From the NCBI RefSeq assembly GCF_902652985.1, contig NC_047015.1, positions 42,408,001-42,472,000 on the forward strand: a stretch of 64,000 bases of DNA, given 5' to 3'. Positions 49,695-60,635 of this stretch are shown here, piece by piece. The stretch comes from Pecten maximus (Eukaryota). Position numbers and translations under genes: made by a program. Within the stretch, counting starts at the first letter, position 1. Each line of letters opens with the position of its first letter. The notes under the pieces were generated by a model, which did no database searches, was not told where the DNA came from, and saw only the letters and a program-made list of their open reading frames with translations.

Positions 49695-50873
49695 TTAAAG
49701 TCGATAAGAAATTCTTACATTATTTACAACAGTTTCGGTAAGAATCGTTATAAAATAAAAAATAAAGAACGCCACATCCAAACGTTTTCCTATAGACTGC
49801 CACGTAGCAACAGTCCTTTTAGAGTTAGAATCCGAAATATCAACAACAACATCCTTCTTCTCATCCTGGACACGTCCTGGCTTTAGTTTACAGCAGATGA
49901 CTAGCCATTTAGGGATTGGTTTGTCCTCATTTGTGTTGTATACACACAGAGTAATAATCACGGACAACACAATCAGAGCGCTGATGATCAGTTTAATCAT
50001 AAGAGATATTGTCAAAATGGACACTGGGTCACTTGTGTTTGGAATACTCTCCGACATTATAGTCATGTACATTGTCAGGGTCAAAAGCATTGTAGTAGCG
50101 AAGGACACTCTTTCCCCGGAATCTGCTGGCAGAATAAACGCCAGTAGAGTAACGAAATTCAACAGGCAGACTGGAAGCATGATTGTGTATAAGAGGTAGG
50201 TTGGTCGCCTCTCGATTGAGTATGTTATTTCTACCATTGCAGTATAGTTGCCAACAATATATTTTCTGAGTCCACTTCTCGATATTATCCAAAATAAGTT
50301 GTCGGTGTTTTCGAAGTATTCCACCTGTGGATTAATATTCAAATCGACAACCGTATATGGTTCCATTACTGTAAACACAAGGATGCAGTTGTGTACATCG
50401 TACGGGTAGTAGGTTATATCCGGGGAGCATGAAGATGTCACAATCTTAGAGTAAATAGCCGAAGTGTATCCGGAACTTAAAACAGCGACTGAGGATGTTG
50501 CGGAGAAAGAATCGCTGTTGATACTGCTAGATAAGATAAGTTTTGGAGTCCATACCTGAGCTTCAGAAAAATATGATGTTTGGATATTCCCGTAATTGGT
50601 AGGATCCCAGGATAACTTCCCGTCCATCCATCCAAGATAGATGGATGACAACACAGTGAACTTTCCTTTAACAGTATCGAACTCAAGAAAGTACGGCATA
50701 GAGAAAACAAATGTTATACTCATAGCGTTGTCCTGATTTAACACAGGACGAATATGGCTTGAATAGTTTGACAAAAGTGTGGTATGTAGCGATAACATGT
50801 GATCGTAGGATCCCGCTTGTGCGCTCACAAAGAGGTGGCAAACAAGTACTGCCAGGATATGGCCTTTCATCAT
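49695..50873 (-). CDS. Single-exon nAChR-like (non-alpha) Cys-loop subunit, 392 aa
   Basis: Signal peptide; YSSHIRPV; Cys-loop CSPDITYYPYDVHNC; RRP; PADSGERVSF; four TMs; short M3-M4 loop; no vicinal CC. Confidence 0.92.
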   Translation of the reverse strand: MMKGHILAVLVCHLFVSAQAGSYDHMLSLHTTLLSNYSSHIRPVLNQDNAMSITFVFSMPYFLEFDTVKGKFTVLSSIYLGWMDGKLSWDPTNYGNIQTSYFSEAQVWTPKLILSSSINSDSFSATSSVAVLSSGYTSAIYSKIVTSSCSPDITYYPYDVHNCILVFTVMEPYTVVDLNINPQVEYFENTDNLFWIISRSGLRKYIVGNYTAMVEITYSIERRPTYLLYTIMLPVCLLNFVTLLAFILPADSGERVSFATTMLLTLTMYMTIMSESIPNTSDPVSILTISLMIKLIISALIVLSVIITLCVYNTNEDKPIPKWLVICCKLKPGRVQDEKKDVVVDISDSNSKRTVATWQSIGKRLDVAFFIFYFITILTETVVNNVRISYRL

Positions 50874-53335
50874 TACTACGTCCTCAACAAAACATACAAC
50901 GGAAACAATTCATTCGAGCACAAAAAATAAACTATCGCCTGTCTAATCAACTTTGAACTAATCGTACTGCCTCGTTGTTTGTGGTAGTGTTCTAATAACG
51001 AATATAGATTAAGCAGCTTATATTCAGCGTAGGGTTATCCACCATGCTTCATGTAACAAGATTTATACAGCTCATGAAGGATTTAGAGTTCCCTAAGATA
51101 GGGTTCACCTCGGTGAATACAAAACCGATGGCAATTACTACTAAAAAGGTAAATGGTATCATTAATTATATTGTCTTGACGAGCAAAGTAACAATGCAGA
51201 CACAGTGGTGGCACGTGCAACTAGTTAGTAAATACTTTACTAAAAAAATTATTCGCTTGACCACCAGTTTAGTTTGATTGGTTTGAAATGTAATATAAAC
51301 TTATATTAATAGAAATTCTAGCATTGCAATGGAATGCTTGTTGAGATTCGGGTAATATCATCTTATATATATTTAAGTAGTTTCAAAAGATATACACATG
51401 TTGGTAGCTCCAAGGTATTAAGTAAATATCCCTGCAGGTACGGTGTACGATTTATACTTCCCTCGGTTTATGACTTTTAAGAGGCGAGATCGTTTTGGAT
51501 GTAAAAAACATCTTCCTAAAATCGCCCCTGTTTATCTCGCCCTTTTTTGCGTTAGTAGAGTTTTTGTCCCTTCAAGCAAGGTTATGGGTTGTGGCAAACT
51601 AAAGTATATAAAATTGGTTCTCACTGCTGCCTGATTGGCGTTCAGATTTCAAGTTAGCGGGGAGGATTCTGCTCTTGTCACTAGGATGTGACCGCATGAT
51701 GTATCAAGCTACTTTGGCCAGAAATTTCAGTATGATGACGCTATAAAAATCTACCACATTTGCCTCATCATTGGTGGCCACTGGCCTTAAAACTTAGAAC
51801 AATACCAAACAAAAATGATAGAACATACATACCTTTAGAAGAAAATATAAACCGAGAATGGAAAATTATACAGGTTAAAGGTCAAACCCAATACATAGTA
51901 CAACAGGAATTATTGAACAACTGCGCATTCACAAGAATGACACCTAATTATTACGGTTAAGAAAATCAAATACTAATATGATGATTGGAATTAATCTCAG
52001 GTGTGGTCTTACAATTACTCACCAACAACAAAATAAGGCTGAATATAATGTTATTCCTAACTTTGACATATCCGCGAACATGATCAGGTTACCTGTAACA
52101 AATTTAACGTCAGAAGTTATTCACTTGTTGAATATATTATCTTAATTGACCTGTGTATCATTAACACTTGGCTTTCCTGCTGAATATATTGTTCAAAAGA
52201 CCTACGATCTACTTCACGTATATAAGTAGTAAGATGTTGAATACATTTTGTATAAGTAAGTTCTTTATCTATATTTATTTGATCATTGATTAAAGAAGAA
52301 TGTGAAGTACTTTAATATCTTCATCAATCACGTACCTAGCCTACTACTACTGATTGTATTCTGGGCGATGACTTTATCAGATTTCAATTGTGTCTCTGTT
52401 ATTCTTTGCAATAAATCGAACTATAATATTTACATTGCTCTAGTCAATAACGTTAGGATATATTTGTATACCCGTGTCGTTTCTGATTAATACTACAATA
52501 AGTGATATCTCTAATGCGTCATCCGTCTTGGTGGAATAGGTCTGCAAACACCCATCCCATTATCACATTACTGCCGCGGACTATTGATGTGTTAGGGTTT
52601 AAGTCAGTACTTGAATCACATGACTTACCAAATATGCAACTAAAACACATTTGACCATTGTTAATTCATCTTTTCGTCAAATATTGCGTAAGATGATGTA
52701 AAATAATACTAATTGTTCCCTATATAATAAACTACATGATGTTTGACATACCTTTTCGTATATTTTTCAACTCTTGTTGACGCATTTGTGAATTTAAAAA
52801 AGGATTACCGTCCAACACTACCGGATGTTACAATTATCAAAATGTTTGTTTTTCAAACCTTCCCATCTGCCCCTCGTCAGGCACTTAGTTAGGAGACAAT
52901 TAAGTAAACTACAAAAATGTACCTAAAATTACAGGTAAGGGTTTAAGGTAATATACGCCAGTCGCAATTGATCTGTTGACTAATACATAATCATAATTGA
53001 TCTGTATACACCTTCCCTTCAAAGCGGTATTAAAGTATGATATGTTTTGTTGGAGGCTGTCGTGGCGTATGTAGAGTCTCGCGAATAAGTATTGGTGCCG
53101 TATATTATAAGTAGAAGTCCGAACAGGACTCTTTACAAAATATTTTTCTATTGTCATTAGTGAATTAAAAAAAAATGCAAATTATTCAATTTTTTTCATT
53201 TTTTGAATAGCTGTTCACTAGTGTATACCCATGCATAGGAGGTACACGATTTTGTTGCCATTATAGTGTCACTAGTTATGTAATTCTGGTTTATAACAAA
53301 ATGATGTTAACAGTTAGGCGATTTGGTCATAGTTA

Positions 53336-54066
53336 TACGTTATAATATGTTTTATTATACCTTTACGTTTTTTTCTCTATATAAAAGTAATGTGATAATT
53401 TGACTATCAGCCTCGAGAGGATTGCGCATGTGTTTCCAGGACTATCACACCGTGTGACAGTTCGAAAAAACTGTCACACTGCAAACTGTCACACTGCAAA
53501 CTGTCACACCCCTGTTGTAACGTCGTCAGAACGTTTGAAAGACACAACGACATGCAAGCGCTTAATTGACACAGATGGTTAAAAATGTAAATGTTCCAGA
53601 ATTCGATATTTCTCATATTGACTTTCTGGATGATGATGCTGTAAATGATCTTCTGAGTAAAATAAATGAGGGTTCTTATGATATAACAGAAAATAATCAA
53701 AACTCAAAGTCAGTGTTTCATCGCGAACCATGTTATGACTCGGGACCACCTCAACAAGGGGTTAACGTGTACAATTCAGTTGTTCATGTTTCAGAATAGA
53801 CTGATCTTAAATTTGAGATATTGTTAGTTGTTGAATAAAATTATTTTGTTGAGTGTAATAGAGTTTTGTCATTTCATGATAAATAGTTTTAAAACCCGTA
53901 AAGGTATAATAAAACAGTTATCAAATGGGGTAATTCGGAAAATAATAATATTGTCAGCCCCTCATCAACAACTGTTGCCCTCGTGCTAAAGCCCTCGTGC
54001 AACAGTTGTTGCTTCGGGGCTGACAAAATTACTATCGCCCTCGTACCCATTTGATAACTGTATATA
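53336..54066 (+). mobile_element. Crypton-like non-autonomous element with a 3' hairpin; absent from duplicate unit B
   Basis: GGTATAATAAAACA followed by a ~150-bp palindrome centred on CCTCGTGCTAAAGCCCTCG (~53914-54062), same design as 55067-55828; also a 20-bp inverted pair at ~53348/53897. Confidence 0.55.
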
Positions 54067-55066
54067 ATAAGTTCACGGCTCTGACAGAATGCTTGTTAAG
54101 TATTTCTGTTTACACAACTTGATACATAGAAGTGTCTTAGTTGTTCCAAAGAATTTTTGCATAACCTGTCCTAATAACATCTCTGATTATATAAAGCTGT
54201 TCTATAGATGGAAATGAAGGGTAAATAACTGAAATCATTAACAAAAGGTTGAACAGATTGTTATATAAGATTTACACTCTATAAACTGGTACTGTAGTTT
54301 TAAGGATTGAATAACAAACATACACATGCAAATAACTTAGTTATAACTTAGATGCATGGATGCAAATATTTGAATTCGACAGTGTAAGCACCATCCGAAT
54401 CAACTTTGGAAAATTGTTTTATTTTGTCAGTCTTCATTATCACTTCTATTAACAAATTTCTAAAACGCGCTATACCATTACTTCACAGATTCTGCGATTG
54501 GTTTTTATGTTGCAAATTATATTTCTCCGACTGCCATGTAAACAAATAAATATATATATAAAAAACGTGTCTAAGGTCATTTTAAGACAAAGCAAAAGTT
54601 TTACCTTAAATATAACTTTACACTCACGAACGTTATTATCATTTCCCACGAAATCATTATATCATATTATACAGTAAAAAACTGACGACACTATAGTATA
54701 CTCACGTCGTGGTTTAATTTATTGTATAATCGCGTAGACTATTCATCCTCATATTACCATTATCTATCGGATCCATACAAGACAATTAACCTCTTTGATA
54801 TTGATCCGTTACATATATTTGATATAATACCGATATTGTATATAGATATTGGAAAATGCTCTATCAAAAATTGCACGAATAGCATCAATTTATTATTATG
54901 TAATGACGGGTCTGAATGCTTATGAAACGTGTTCTAAACATCATTATAAAGTAGGTTTGATTCACTGTTATAAGCATTGAATATTCATATAGATATTCAA
55001 TAACATATTGCCATAAGAATTGTGTTTCAACTACAACATCTTTACGGCTTGGTAGACATAAACTAT

Positions 55067-55828
55067 TATTATACCTCAGACTTGTATCACAGCTTCTGAT
55101 TGGTGAAAACCATGTCACGTGATTAAAAACATTCGTTATGTCAACCACAACTTTCCAAATAATTCATTATTGACTTGCTGTCGCTTTCGAAACATCATGT
55201 CACCCTCTGAATATCATAATGTCACCCTCTCGTGAGCCCTCCAAAATCGTTATGTCACCCTCTCGTGAGCCCCAACTCGGAACTCTCTTCCGTAACGTCT
55301 TCAAAAGTAGTCGAATCAGAGCAGTTCCGAGTATTCTGCTTGACAACAACAATGGCTGCCGGCGGACGCTATCGTCTGCCAACAGAGGAGGAATTGGCGA
55401 AATTATTGCAAGAAAAGGATTCTAAAAACACCAAAAGGGTCATCAATGTGGCCGTGGATTCCTTTAGACATTTCCTATCTGCAACAGGTAGGCCTAGACC
55501 AAGGATTGTGAAAACTTCGACGTCCATACATTGAAAGTTCAACTGGGAGAATTTTATGCCGGGTCCAGAAAGACGATGGGGTACCTCTTAAAAACTTTTC
55601 TTAAAAACTGTTGATAGTAATAAATAAACTTATTGATACCAAAATTAATTCACTTATGTTTTTTTCGGTATAATAAAACAATTACTGCCCTTGTTCCGAG
55701 TTGACATGAATATTTGCCCACCCTTGAGGTGTCATGTCACCCTCGGGCTACGCCCTCGGGTGACATGACACCTCTCGGGTGGTCAAATATTCATGTCAAC
55801 CCGGAACAAGGGCAATAATTGTATAATA
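55067..55828 (+). mobile_element. Internally deleted Crypton-like (tyrosine recombinase/DUF3504-type) transposon
   Basis: TATTATAC...GTATAATA ends. Relic N-terminus MAAGGRYRLPTEEELAKLLQEKDSKNTKR...(frameshift)...LGEFYAGSRK resembles Crypton-type proteins. ~145-bp hairpin around CCTCGGGCTACGCCCTCGG. Confidence 0.65.
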
Positions 55829-58800
55829 TCACAGCGTCGACATAATGCTTTACCTAGTATTTTTTATGAAAATGGTGAAATAATGTTTCTAAATATTGAA
55901 TATTTGATATAGTCTTTGTTCATATTTTGCCACCGATAAACCAATTTTGAGTTTAGTTACAGCTTTGTTAACACACACGATTTCTTTTCTGAAGTGAATT
56001 AACGTGAATATCGTACATTCTATAACTTAGAAAAGCTAGAAAGAAATGTCTTTCCGAGAGTTACCATAAAAGTATACTTATATACTCAGTCCTGTTTACC
56101 CCGATGGAAGCGCGCCACGAGTCTTATTATGGGAGGAAACTGGAGTACCCAGAGAGGGCCAACGTGGTAGGGCAGGAGAAAAAAGAAACAGTGCATGTCG
56201 AACCTGTTCATGGGGCATACAATGCTGCAATGTATACACTTTTCTGTTATCCCAGCTTATACCTATTCAGCAGAACATGAAATGAAGGAACTTGCATTTT
56301 ATTGCAATGTTGAATATGTATCAACTCCAGCAACGGAATTCCACATAACAGCCCTCACGTTGACCCCTCGTAATTAGTTTGAGTCCACACTAAATCTGAC
56401 GGTTGTCACGTGATCCCACTTGTTGCTTGTAAATAGTTGACACATACCGTCAGGATTTCAGGTACATAATTAACATGTGCAAAATGTAATACCCAAATAG
56501 CGATTTACCCACAGCATTTTCAAGTACCTTCAATGGATCGAGCAGAAATGTGGATATTGATATTGGTCTTTGTATTTAACAATGGTCTGATTTCATTCAA
56601 TACGCTTTATTAATTACGATGATAAATATTCTGGTTGTTGTACAGCGTAAACAATGAAACTGGTCTTCTACAGTGCTTGTAACACGAACAGGATCAACGG
56701 AATGTTAAATGTGATATTTCGTTGTTTGCGATGACTTCTACAAACAGACGCGTCCCAGGAAGCCTGTACCTACAATGAAATAATTAACCACACTTCACTG
56801 ATCATGACGTACATCATAGTAGAAAGATAGATATTGCCACCATATGTCACCCTCGATATGAGCTCGATACCAGGTAGTTGTAGCGATCTGTTATTGCAGT
56901 TTAGGGACAGGTGACCATTCCTGTCGACAACTGCTTTACCATTGAACTATTTCCCTTTAAATGAGTTGATGATGAAGTTAATAAAAACCAGAAACAATAG
57001 CCTGCCTTCTATGAATAACCACTTAAGGGAATCGAAAGCTTTCTTGAAACCCAACATTAAAACTCATCGTCGGTAACCCACTGTCCTGACGCTCACGAAC
57101 AGAGACCGTACGACGATTGCTACACGGAATCTCGTTTCGGCTCTATAGATAGAAACCAATCAAACCACCATGCATGCGTATTAAATTCGGATCTCTTTTG
57201 TGTGAAATATATTTTTGAGTGATCCCTTTCGTGAGGGCCGTCACCAAAATATGCAATTTATGTGCTACTAATGGTCAGAAGATCTAACGTATTCTTTTTG
57301 TTACATGTAACAAACGTTACAGACATAATAACGAAGCCATAACCAATTCAAAGTCGATATACAAAATAAGAATAGATATATGTATTTGCATTTAGATCCT
57401 TGCAAAAAGAGAATAAGATAATATGCCAATCATACAGCATGTGTTCATAGAGAAAAAGAAATGCTATATAGTTAATAAACTTAAGCTGACATGGACACCG
57501 GGTCATTGTAATTGTACTGAGAGGCGTCCCGAGATACCAATCGAAAAACATATATGATATTATTTTAACCTCCTAGTGGGCATCCATAAAAATCGTGGAA
57601 TAAGACATGTGGATTTCTACAGATGTATTTCATGATTTAGTCAAAATGAGGCTTTGCTGGACTTACCAATAATTTAATATCGGGAAGATTTCTTGACCGA
57701 TAATGTATAACACACTATTTTTTATGGAGTGTTTTATTATTGAATGTTGTGTCAAATGAATGACAAATTGGTAACCCGAACCCTTTAATTAGTTTGAATA
57801 AAGGTATTTCCTTCCAGACCACATGTTTTATCAATATTCTAAAACTGAAAGATGCTACAGCACCAACAAAGAATAAATTAAGCTGAAATGAAAGCATGGA
57901 TTAGCTGTTGTACTACACTCAATAGACCCATTATTCCAGACACGTTGAATAACCGGCTGCGATATTACATACAAGAGAACAGTGACAGGTGTTAAAAAAT
58001 CGTAATTCATCAATATTGTATAATACAATAATATAAAGCTTTCTGAGCACGGTCCCTGTATGTGTCACACACTAAATGTACCTATAAAACAGGTACAAAA
58101 ACGAAGAAAACAACAACAACTCCCGTCGTTGAAATGTAAACAGGTTTATTTATTAAATAACATTAACTAGTTAAGGTTATCAAACGTACAATTGTATTTG
58201 CTTATTTTACTTATCACATTCAAAATCGAATGCTCTTTGTCGTTAGAGTATTTCGCTGAACGTTGTCTAAGTCATTACTCGAGTAAATCAATTTAGCAGC
58301 AATTAAATATAAAAAAAGTAAAAGAAGAACAGATACAACAAATACCAACAAAACATGTACACATTAACAATATTCCAACAAAAATTAACAATTTATTAAC
58401 CGATTAGTATATATTTAAATTAACTAATAGGATAACGTGCAGATAATTACATAATTAACGAAAAAGTTTCTTGCGCCTGATGGGCCAAATCTTAGCGGGA
58501 GCGAGGATAATTAGGATAATGTGCAGATAGCGTTATAGAGTTGATGAAACAAAAGTATATGAAAATTATTTTCTACTCCTCCATTGATCATAATAACATC
58601 ATTTTTTTCTTATATTGACTCTGTGTAACCTTTGTACGTGAAAAATCCAATATGCGTAATATGCTTTTACACTTATATTTTAACCGTAATATCAAAATGA
58701 TCTCTTTCATAACTGTATTGTGATATCCTGGTTTCCCCTCTTTTTAAGAAATATATATATCTATATATATATATATTCTAGTGTTCTAGTGTTCTAGTGT

Positions 58801-58958
58801 TTGAACATGATGCAGTCACGCTAGTATCCGCCTTCGGCCCACGTTTGCCGAAGGGTTCATTGTGGTTTCTCCAGTTACTAAAACATTATTCTTATTGTAT
58901 TTTATTGTATTTCCAGTACTTCTTATATATATTATGTGATTGTATTTGTGATTTTTTG

Positions 58959-58997
58959 TGTTTTGATAAAGGGGCGGATTGCCTCGAAAATTTAACA
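58959..58997 (+). ncRNA. Minimal type-I hammerhead ribozyme-like motif, U3-A8 variant
   Basis: TGTT-[TTGATAA]-A-GGGGC ggatt GCCTC-[GAAA]-AT-TT^-AACA: stems I and II pair, and stem III is the palindrome AATT. Confidence 0.5.
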
Positions 58998-59035
58998 AAC
59001 CTTATTGTTTACACTGTTTGAATTACTTCTTTGCC

Positions 59036-59069
<34 letters not shown>

Positions 59070-59072
59070 AGT

Positions 59073-59111
59073 CCGCCTGAAGAAGCCTGAGAGGGCAGAA
59101 AGGCCTTGCGG
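59073..59111 (+). ncRNA. Minimal type-I hammerhead ribozyme motif of Penelope-like/retrozyme type
   Basis: CCGC-[CTGAAGA]-A-GCC tgagag GGC-A-[GAAA]-GGCC-TT^-GCGG; palindromic stem III AGGCCT; flanked by (TA)n. Confidence 0.65.
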
Positions 59112-59456
59112 CAAAGTCTGTTTTTTGTTATTTTATATATATATATGTATATAGACAAAACATTTTCATATCATACTTGATGAATATGTACTTATATGAA
59201 ACTGATTGATATCTTAATCTCGAATTCTTTTCGGTCATTACATATTTCACGTGTTAACTAAACCCAAATATGGAGCTTAACAGAAGTCCATAATTCATGA
59301 ATATTACTGTAGTACACCTTTCGTTATTTCGTGATAATTATGCACATACACACTGATTCTCGTTGATTTACTCTTTTCAAATTAAACCAGATACAACCCA
59401 ACATGTATCAATATTCAGTTGATATTGAGAATAAATTGAACCGAACACTTTATACA

Positions 59457-60635
59457 TTAAAGACGATAAGAAATTCTTACATTATTTACAACAGTTTCGG
59501 TAAGAATCGTTATAAAATAAAAAATAAGGAACGCAACATCCAAACGTTTTCCTATAGACTGCCACGAAGCTACAGTGCCTTTAGAGTTAGAATCCAAAAT
59601 ATCAACAGCAATATCCTTCTTCTCATCCTCGACACGTCCTGGCTTTAGTTTACAACAGATGACTAGCCATTTAGGGATTGGTTTGTCCTCATTTGTGTTG
59701 TAAACACACAGAGTTATAATCACGGACAACACAATCAGAGCGCTAATGGTCAGTTTTACCATTAGAGAAATTGTCAAAATAGACACCGGGTCACTTGTGT
59801 TTGGGATACTGTCCGACATTATAGTCATATACATTGTCAGGGTCAAAAGCATTGTAGTAGCGAAGGACACTCTTTCCCCGGAATCTGCTGGCAGAATAAA
59901 TGCCAGTAGGGTAACGAAATTCAAAAGGCAAACTGGAAGCATGATTGTGTATAAGAGGTAGGTTGGTCGCCTCTCGATTGAGTATGTTATTTCTACCATT
60001 GGAGTATAGTTGCTAGCAATAGATTTTTTGAGTCCAGTTCTCGATACTGTCCAAAATAAGTTGTCGGTGTTTTCGAAGTATTCCCCCTGTTGATAAATAT
60101 TTAAATCGACAACCGTATACGGCTCTAATACAGTAAACACAAGGGTGCAGTTGTGTACATCGTACGGGTAGTAGGTGATATCCGGTGAGCATGAAGATGT
60201 CACAATTTTAGAATAGATTGCGGAAGCATATCCGGAACTAAGAACAGTGACCGATGATGTTGCGGAAAGAGAATCGCTGTTTATACTGCTGGATAAGATA
60301 ATTTTTGGAGTCCATACCTGAGCATCAGAAAAGTATGATGTTTGGATATTCCCGTAATTGGTAGGATCCCAGTTTAGCTTCCCGTCCAACCATCCAAGAT
60401 AGACAGATGACAACACAGTGAACTTTCCGCTGACAGCGTCGAATTCACGAAAATACGGCATAGAGAATATAAACGTTACGCTCATTACATTGTCCTGATT
60501 TAACACAGGACGAATTTCCTTGGAGTAGTTTGACAAAAGTGTAGTATGTAGTGATAACATATGATCGTAGGATCCTGCTTGTGTGCTCATAAAGAGGTGG
60601 GAAACAAGTACTGTCAGTATGTGGCTTTTCATCAT
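59457..60635 (-). CDS. Single-exon nAChR-like (non-alpha) Cys-loop subunit, 392 aa; paralog of 49695-50873
   Basis: Ungapped alignment to the paralog with ~44 differences in 392 aa by my count. ATG set at 60635 by homology; the ORF-track start at 60677 is GTG. Confidence 0.92.
   Translation of the reverse strand: MMKSHILTVLVSHLFMSTQAGSYDHMLSLHTTLLSNYSKEIRPVLNQDNVMSVTFIFSMPYFREFDAVSGKFTVLSSVYLGWLDGKLNWDPTNYGNIQTSYFSDAQVWTPKIILSSSINSDSLSATSSVTVLSSGYASAIYSKIVTSSCSPDITYYPYDVHNCTLVFTVLEPYTVVDLNIYQQGEYFENTDNLFWTVSRTGLKKSIASNYTPMVEITYSIERRPTYLLYTIMLPVCLLNFVTLLAFILPADSGERVSFATTMLLTLTMYMTIMSDSIPNTSDPVSILTISLMVKLTISALIVLSVIITLCVYNTNEDKPIPKWLVICCKLKPGRVEDEKKDIAVDILDSNSKGTVASWQSIGKRLDVAFLIFYFITILTETVVNNVRISYRL

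Larger units (their letters stand above)
49360..54370. repeat. Segmental duplication unit A (paralogous to ~58720-64000; offset ~9.4-9.9 kb)
   Basis: Receptor gene plus 3' flank and >3 kb of 5' flank align colinearly, e.g. 54071 GTTCACGG...TACACAACTTGATACATAGAA versus 63693. Confidence 0.85.
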
